Origin: a virus
Direction: 5' to 3' (one strand)
Virus genome (UHGV): UHGV-1711741
Length of the DNA stretch: 10,545 nt
Part shown: positions 7,573 through 10,545 of the stretch, piece by piece
Position numbering within the stretch: position 1 is the first letter of the stretch
Layout: each line of letters starts with the position of its first letter
Made by a program: the position numbers and the translations under genes
The notes under the pieces: model-generated
The model's database searches: none
What the model saw: the letters and a program-made list of their open reading frames with translations, nothing else
Told to the model about the DNA's origin: nothing

Positions 7573-8253
7573 TTATTTTAATGTTACGAAAGAAGAATTG
7601 CGTGTTTCACGAATTAGAACTGATCCATCACGATTAATGTAGTAAATTAAGCTAAATAACGTTTGGTGCGCCGACGCGTGTTCAAAACTAGTTGGGTGAG
7701 ATTTCCAATCAGGAGTTTCAGCAATCCATTGATAAATCCACCAAGGAACAGTACAGAATCCTGGATTTTTTCCAATCAGCTGAAGATTCGGACTAAAGTT
7801 TTCCGGAAGAGTAAATACAGACGGCTTTTCAGATTCAATAATCTCAGCTACAGCCTGTTCAAATTTTTCTTCAACAAATGGAGTATCTTCAATCAAAACA
7901 TCGGTATTTTCAGGAATTTTATCTGTTTCTACTACTTCAATTTTAATGTCAGATTTAACCGGAGAATCAATCAAAAGTGCTGCTTCTGGATTGACTTCTT
8001 CATCGTCATATTTTAACCCCTCTGCAGCATCAGCAGCATCAATTAAGTCTTTAATAGATAACCCATCAGTCTCCGGCATAGGTTCACTAGCGAGCTTCTG
8101 GAGAGCTTCTTCAATATCATTAACGATATTATCAAAAGATTTATTCTTTTTGACCTTTATACCAAACTGTTCAGCATATTCAGCTAATTTAGCTTTAGCT
8201 TCTTTATTATCATCAAGAGCCTTCAGCTCTGCAATATAATCTTTATCTATCAT
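7573..8253 (-). CDS. inh: Inh-like protein (inhibitor of the prohead protease gp21)
   Basis: 226-aa ORF directly upstream of hoc on the minus strand, as I recall for T4 inh. Good Shine-Dalgarno (GAGGA) before the ATG. Acidic, non-repetitive protein. Assignment rests on synteny and recalled size only. Confidence 0.65.
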   Translation of the reverse strand: MIDKDYIAELKALDDNKEAKAKLAEYAEQFGIKVKKNKSFDNIVNDIEEALQKLASEPMPETDGLSIKDLIDAADAAEGLKYDDEEVNPEAALLIDSPVKSDIKIEVVETDKIPENTDVLIEDTPFVEEKFEQAVAEIIESEKPSVFTLPENFSPNLQLIGKNPGFCTVPWWIYQWIAETPDWKSHPTSFEHASAHQTLFSLIYYINRDGSVLIRETRNSSFVTLK

Positions 8254-8266
8254 AATATTTCCTCAG

Positions 8267-8274
8267 TATAAATA
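8267..8274 (+). promoter_or_regulatory. T4-type late promoter motif TATAAATA upstream of the homing endonuclease gene
   Basis: Exact TATAAATA in the 49-bp inh-segE spacer, ending 28 nt upstream of the segE ATG. Confidence 0.6.
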
Positions 8275-8280
8275 TAGATA

Positions 8281-8288
8281 TATTTATT
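8281..8288 (-). promoter_or_regulatory. Candidate variant late promoter (AATAAATA on the minus strand) for inh-hoc
   Basis: Plus strand reads TATTTATT, i.e. AATAAATA on the minus strand, one mismatch from consensus. It ends 27 nt upstream of the inh ATG, the same spacing as the gene 22 and gene 24 promoters. Confidence 0.4.
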
Positions 8289-8302
8289 ACTCGGAAAATA
8301 GT

Positions 8303-8920
8303 ATGTACCACTTTGTATATGAAACAACAAATCTAATAAATGGTAAAAAGTATATAGGAAAACACTCTACTGATGACTTGAATGATGGTTACCTTGGTTC
8401 CGGTAAGGCAATTCAGCAGGCTATAAAGAAATATGGTGAAAACAATTTCTCTAGAACAATACTAAAAGAGTTTAAAACTTCCGAAGAAGCGTACATGTAT
8501 GAAGAAGAAATTATAACTCCTGAAATAATAAAAAGCAAAAATTATTATAATATGAAACCTGGTGGAATTGGTGGAATTGTTATGACTACAGAGGTTATAG
8601 CAAAGATGAAAGAATCTTCCGCTAAGAGATTTGAAAACTCACCGGGCACGGTATTAGGTACAACTTGTTACACTAATGGAACTAAAAATATTTTTATTAA
8701 ACCTGGAGAACTTGTTCCAGAAGGATTTGTAAAAGGGATGGTTCATCCTAATAGAAAGTCCAGAAAAGGATGTAAAGTCAAACCGACTACCACAGGAACT
8801 TTTTGGGTCAATAATGGCGTAATAAATAAATTAATACAACCAGACGGTATTATTCCCGACGGATTTATTAAAGGTCGTCTCATGAAAAGAGATTCTAAAG
8901 GCAAATTTAGTAAGGCATAA
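8303..8920 (+). CDS. segE: GIY-YIG homing endonuclease (SegE-like free-standing endonuclease)
   Basis: 205-aa ORF. N-terminal GIY-YIG module (F-V-Y at residues 4-6, K-Y-I-G at 16-19, about 10-residue spacing). C-terminal half has two tandem ~22-aa repeats ending in P-[ED]-G-F-[VI]-K-G, typical of modular DNA-binding regions in phage homing endonucleases. Very AT-rich. Sits between inh and uvsW, where I recall T4 segE. Confidence 0.8.
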   Translation: MYHFVYETTNLINGKKYIGKHSTDDLNDGYLGSGKAIQQAIKKYGENNFSRTILKEFKTSEEAYMYEEEIITPEIIKSKNYYNMKPGGIGGIVMTTEVIAKMKESSAKRFENSPGTVLGTTCYTNGTKNIFIKPGELVPEGFVKGMVHPNRKSRKGCKVKPTTTGTFWVNNGVINKLIQPDGIIPDGFIKGRLMKRDSKGKFSKA

Positions 8921-8922
8921 TT

Positions 8923-10431
8923 ATGGATATTAAAGTACATTTTCACGACTTCAGTCATGTACGCATCGATTGTGAAGAGAGCACGTTCCACGAATTAAGA
9001 GATTTCTTTTCGTTTGAGGCCGATGGATATAGATTTAACCCTCGCTTCAGATATGGCAACTGGGATGGACGAATTCGTCTTTTAGATTATAATCGCCTTC
9101 TTCCATTCGGTTTAGTCGGGCAAATTAAAAAGTTCTGCGATAACTTTGGCTATAAAGCCTGGATTGACCCACAGATTAACGAAAAAGAAGAATTATCAAG
9201 AAAAGATTTTGATGAATGGCTTTCTAAATTAGAAATCTATTCAGGAAATAAAAGAATTGAACCGCATTGGTATCAAAAAGATGCAGTGTTCGAAGGATTA
9301 GTTAATCGTCGTAGAATTCTTAATCTTCCAACATCCGCAGGTAAATCTTTAATTCAAGCTTTGCTTGCACGTTATTATTTGGAAAATTATGAAGGTAAAA
9401 TTCTTATCATTGTTCCAACAACTGCTCTAACAACTCAGATGGCTGATGACTTCGTTGACTATCGTTTATTCAGTCATGCAATGATAAAGAAAATTGGTGG
9501 CGGAGCATCAAAAGATGATAAATATAAAAATGATGCACCAGTCGTTGTTGGTACATGGCAAACTGTAGTAAAACAACCGAAAGAATGGTTCTCACAGTTT
9601 GGAATGATGATGAATGATGAATGCCATCTTGCTACAGGAAAAAGTATTTCATCTATCATATCAGGTTTAAATAACTGCATGTTCAAATTTGGTCTATCTG
9701 GTTCATTACGTGATGGCAAAGCCAATATCATGCAGTATGTTGGAATGTTTGGTGAAATATTTAAGCCAGTAACGACTTCTAAGTTAATGGAAGATGGACA
9801 AGTAACTGAGCTAAAAATTAATAGTATTTTTCTTCGCTATCCCGATGAGTTCACTACTAAATTAAAGGGAAAAACTTATCAAGAAGAAATAAAAATTATT
9901 ACGGGGCTTAGTAAAAGAAATAAATGGATCGCTAAATTGGCTATTAAGCTTGCACAAAAAGATGAAAACGCTTTTGTCATGTTTAAACATGTATCACATG
10001 GTAAAGCTATTTTCGATTTAATTAAAAATGAATACGATAAAGTTTATTACGTATCAGGGGAAGTTGATACCGAAACCCGCAATATAATGAAAACCTTAGC
10101 TGAAAATGGTAAAGGAATAATTATAGTAGCTAGTTATGGTGTATTTTCTACTGGTATTTCAGTTAAAAATCTGCATCACGTTGTTTTAGCGCACGGTGTT
10201 AAATCAAAAATCATTGTATTACAAACAATCGGTCGTGTATTACGTAAGCATGGTTCTAAAACAATCGCAACAGTCTGGGACCTCATAGATGACTGTGGTG
10301 TCAAGCCAAAATCTGCTAATACTAAAAAGAAATATGTTCACTTGAACTATCTTTTAAAACACGGCATTGATCGTATTCAGCGCTACGCAGATGAAAAATT
10401 TAATTACGTAATGAAAACAGTTAATTTATAA
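8923..10431 (+). CDS. uvsW: UvsW DNA/RNA helicase (SF2, DExH box), as a 502-aa ORF
   Basis: Walker A motif LPTSAGKS with Lys141 (the residue I recall as the T4 UvsW ATPase lysine). DECH motif II (MMNDECHLA). Motif VI-like QTIGRVLR. Start is 2 nt after the segE stop. Confidence 0.9.
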   Translation: MDIKVHFHDFSHVRIDCEESTFHELRDFFSFEADGYRFNPRFRYGNWDGRIRLLDYNRLLPFGLVGQIKKFCDNFGYKAWIDPQINEKEELSRKDFDEWLSKLEIYSGNKRIEPHWYQKDAVFEGLVNRRRILNLPTSAGKSLIQALLARYYLENYEGKILIIVPTTALTTQMADDFVDYRLFSHAMIKKIGGGASKDDKYKNDAPVVVGTWQTVVKQPKEWFSQFGMMMNDECHLATGKSISSIISGLNNCMFKFGLSGSLRDGKANIMQYVGMFGEIFKPVTTSKLMEDGQVTELKINSIFLRYPDEFTTKLKGKTYQEEIKIITGLSKRNKWIAKLAIKLAQKDENAFVMFKHVSHGKAIFDLIKNEYDKVYYVSGEVDTETRNIMKTLAENGKGIIIVASYGVFSTGISVKNLHHVVLAHGVKSKIIVLQTIGRVLRKHGSKTIATVWDLIDDCGVKPKSANTKKKYVHLNYLLKHGIDRIQRYADEKFNYVMKTVNL

Positions 10432-10445
10432 GGGCTTCGGCCCTT
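10430..10445 (+). other. GC hairpin with UUCG tetraloop overlapping the uvsW stop codon (no T-tract)
   Basis: AAGGGC-TTCG-GCCCTT. The stop codon at 10429-10431 lies in the 5' arm. Followed by a Shine-Dalgarno (GGAG) and the uvsW.1 ATG rather than a U-run, so more likely an RNA structure or processing element than a terminator. Confidence 0.5.
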
Positions 10446-10456
10446 TGGAGAAAAAG

Positions 10457-10545
10457 ATGTTACTAGAATTTAAACAATTTCTTTATGAAGCTTCTATTGA
10501 TGAATTTATGGGTAAAATTGCCTCTTGTCATGTTTTTTTCCTCAA
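10457..10545 (+). CDS. uvsW.1: uvsW.1-like ORF (5' part only; runs off the window), possibly the C-terminal extension of UvsW
   Basis: ATG at 10457 preceded by GGAG at 10447-10450. Reads MLLEFKQFLYEASIDEFMGKIAS... and is in the +1 frame relative to uvsW. Truncated by the window end. Confidence 0.6.
   Translation, partial: MLLEFKQFLYEASIDEFMGKIASCHVFFL

Larger units (their letters stand above)
8254..8922 (+). mobile_element. segE: Free-standing homing endonuclease gene cassette (segE-like) between inh and uvsW
   Basis: GIY-YIG ORF with its own promoter motif, AT-richer than flanking genes, wedged between conserved core genes with 2-nt spacing to uvsW. This is the typical architecture of optional seg elements in T-even phages. 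Confidence 0.55.

Noticed and set aside
264-9731. Numerous 60-130-aa ORFs antisense to, or out of frame within, the large genes (for example 264-500 -, 440-658 +, 920-1117 -, 1499-1843 -, 2352-2738 -, 4198-4446 -, 4518-4712 -, 6754-6939 +, 7663-8016 +, 7946-8239 +, 8743-8991 -, 9474-9731 -)
   Set aside because: They lie entirely inside well-supported genes, have low-complexity Ser/Phe/Asn-rich translations, and lack Shine-Dalgarno or promoter context. These are shadow ORFs.
10430-10445. Hairpin after uvsW as a rho-independent terminator
   Set aside because: There is no downstream T-tract. It is followed directly by a Shine-Dalgarno and ATG, so it is more likely a structural or processing element, or simply the site associated with the frame discrepancy.
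1-10545. Novel defence or anti-defence system, CRISPR array, tRNA or other RNA gene
   Set aside because: Every stretch of the window is accounted for by recognisable T4-like genes with short intergenic spacers. There are no direct-repeat/spacer arrays and no cloverleaf-like conserved tRNA features. I see no basis for claiming an undescribed system.

Overview
This window reads as the head-morphogenesis module of a T4-like (Tevenvirinae) myovirus, and I find no evidence of a novel or undescribed system in it. All identifications are from recalled T4 protein features and motifs read off the ORF track; no database search was possible. The plus strand carries the late head genes in T4 order: prohead core proteins gp67 and gp68, prohead protease gp21, scaffold gp22, major capsid protein gp23 and vertex protein gp24. 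A convergent minus-strand block follows: RNA ligase 2 (rnlB), two small ORFs (24.2/24.3-like), hoc and inh. The plus strand then resumes with a GIY-YIG homing endonuclease (SegE-like), the UvsW helicase and the start of uvsW.1. Coding density is very high, with TAATG stop/start overlaps and TATAAATA late-promoter motifs set 27-28 nt upstream of several start codons. The points worth a second look are: (1) uvsW and uvsW.1 are separated only by a +1 frame offset that a one-base change in an A4 run would remove; (2) Hoc is 283 aa, consistent with one fewer Ig-like domain than the 376 aa I recall for T4; (3) the free-standing homing endonuclease sits beside back-to-back late promoters; (4) a family of near-identical GC-rich tetraloop hairpins marks the operon boundaries.
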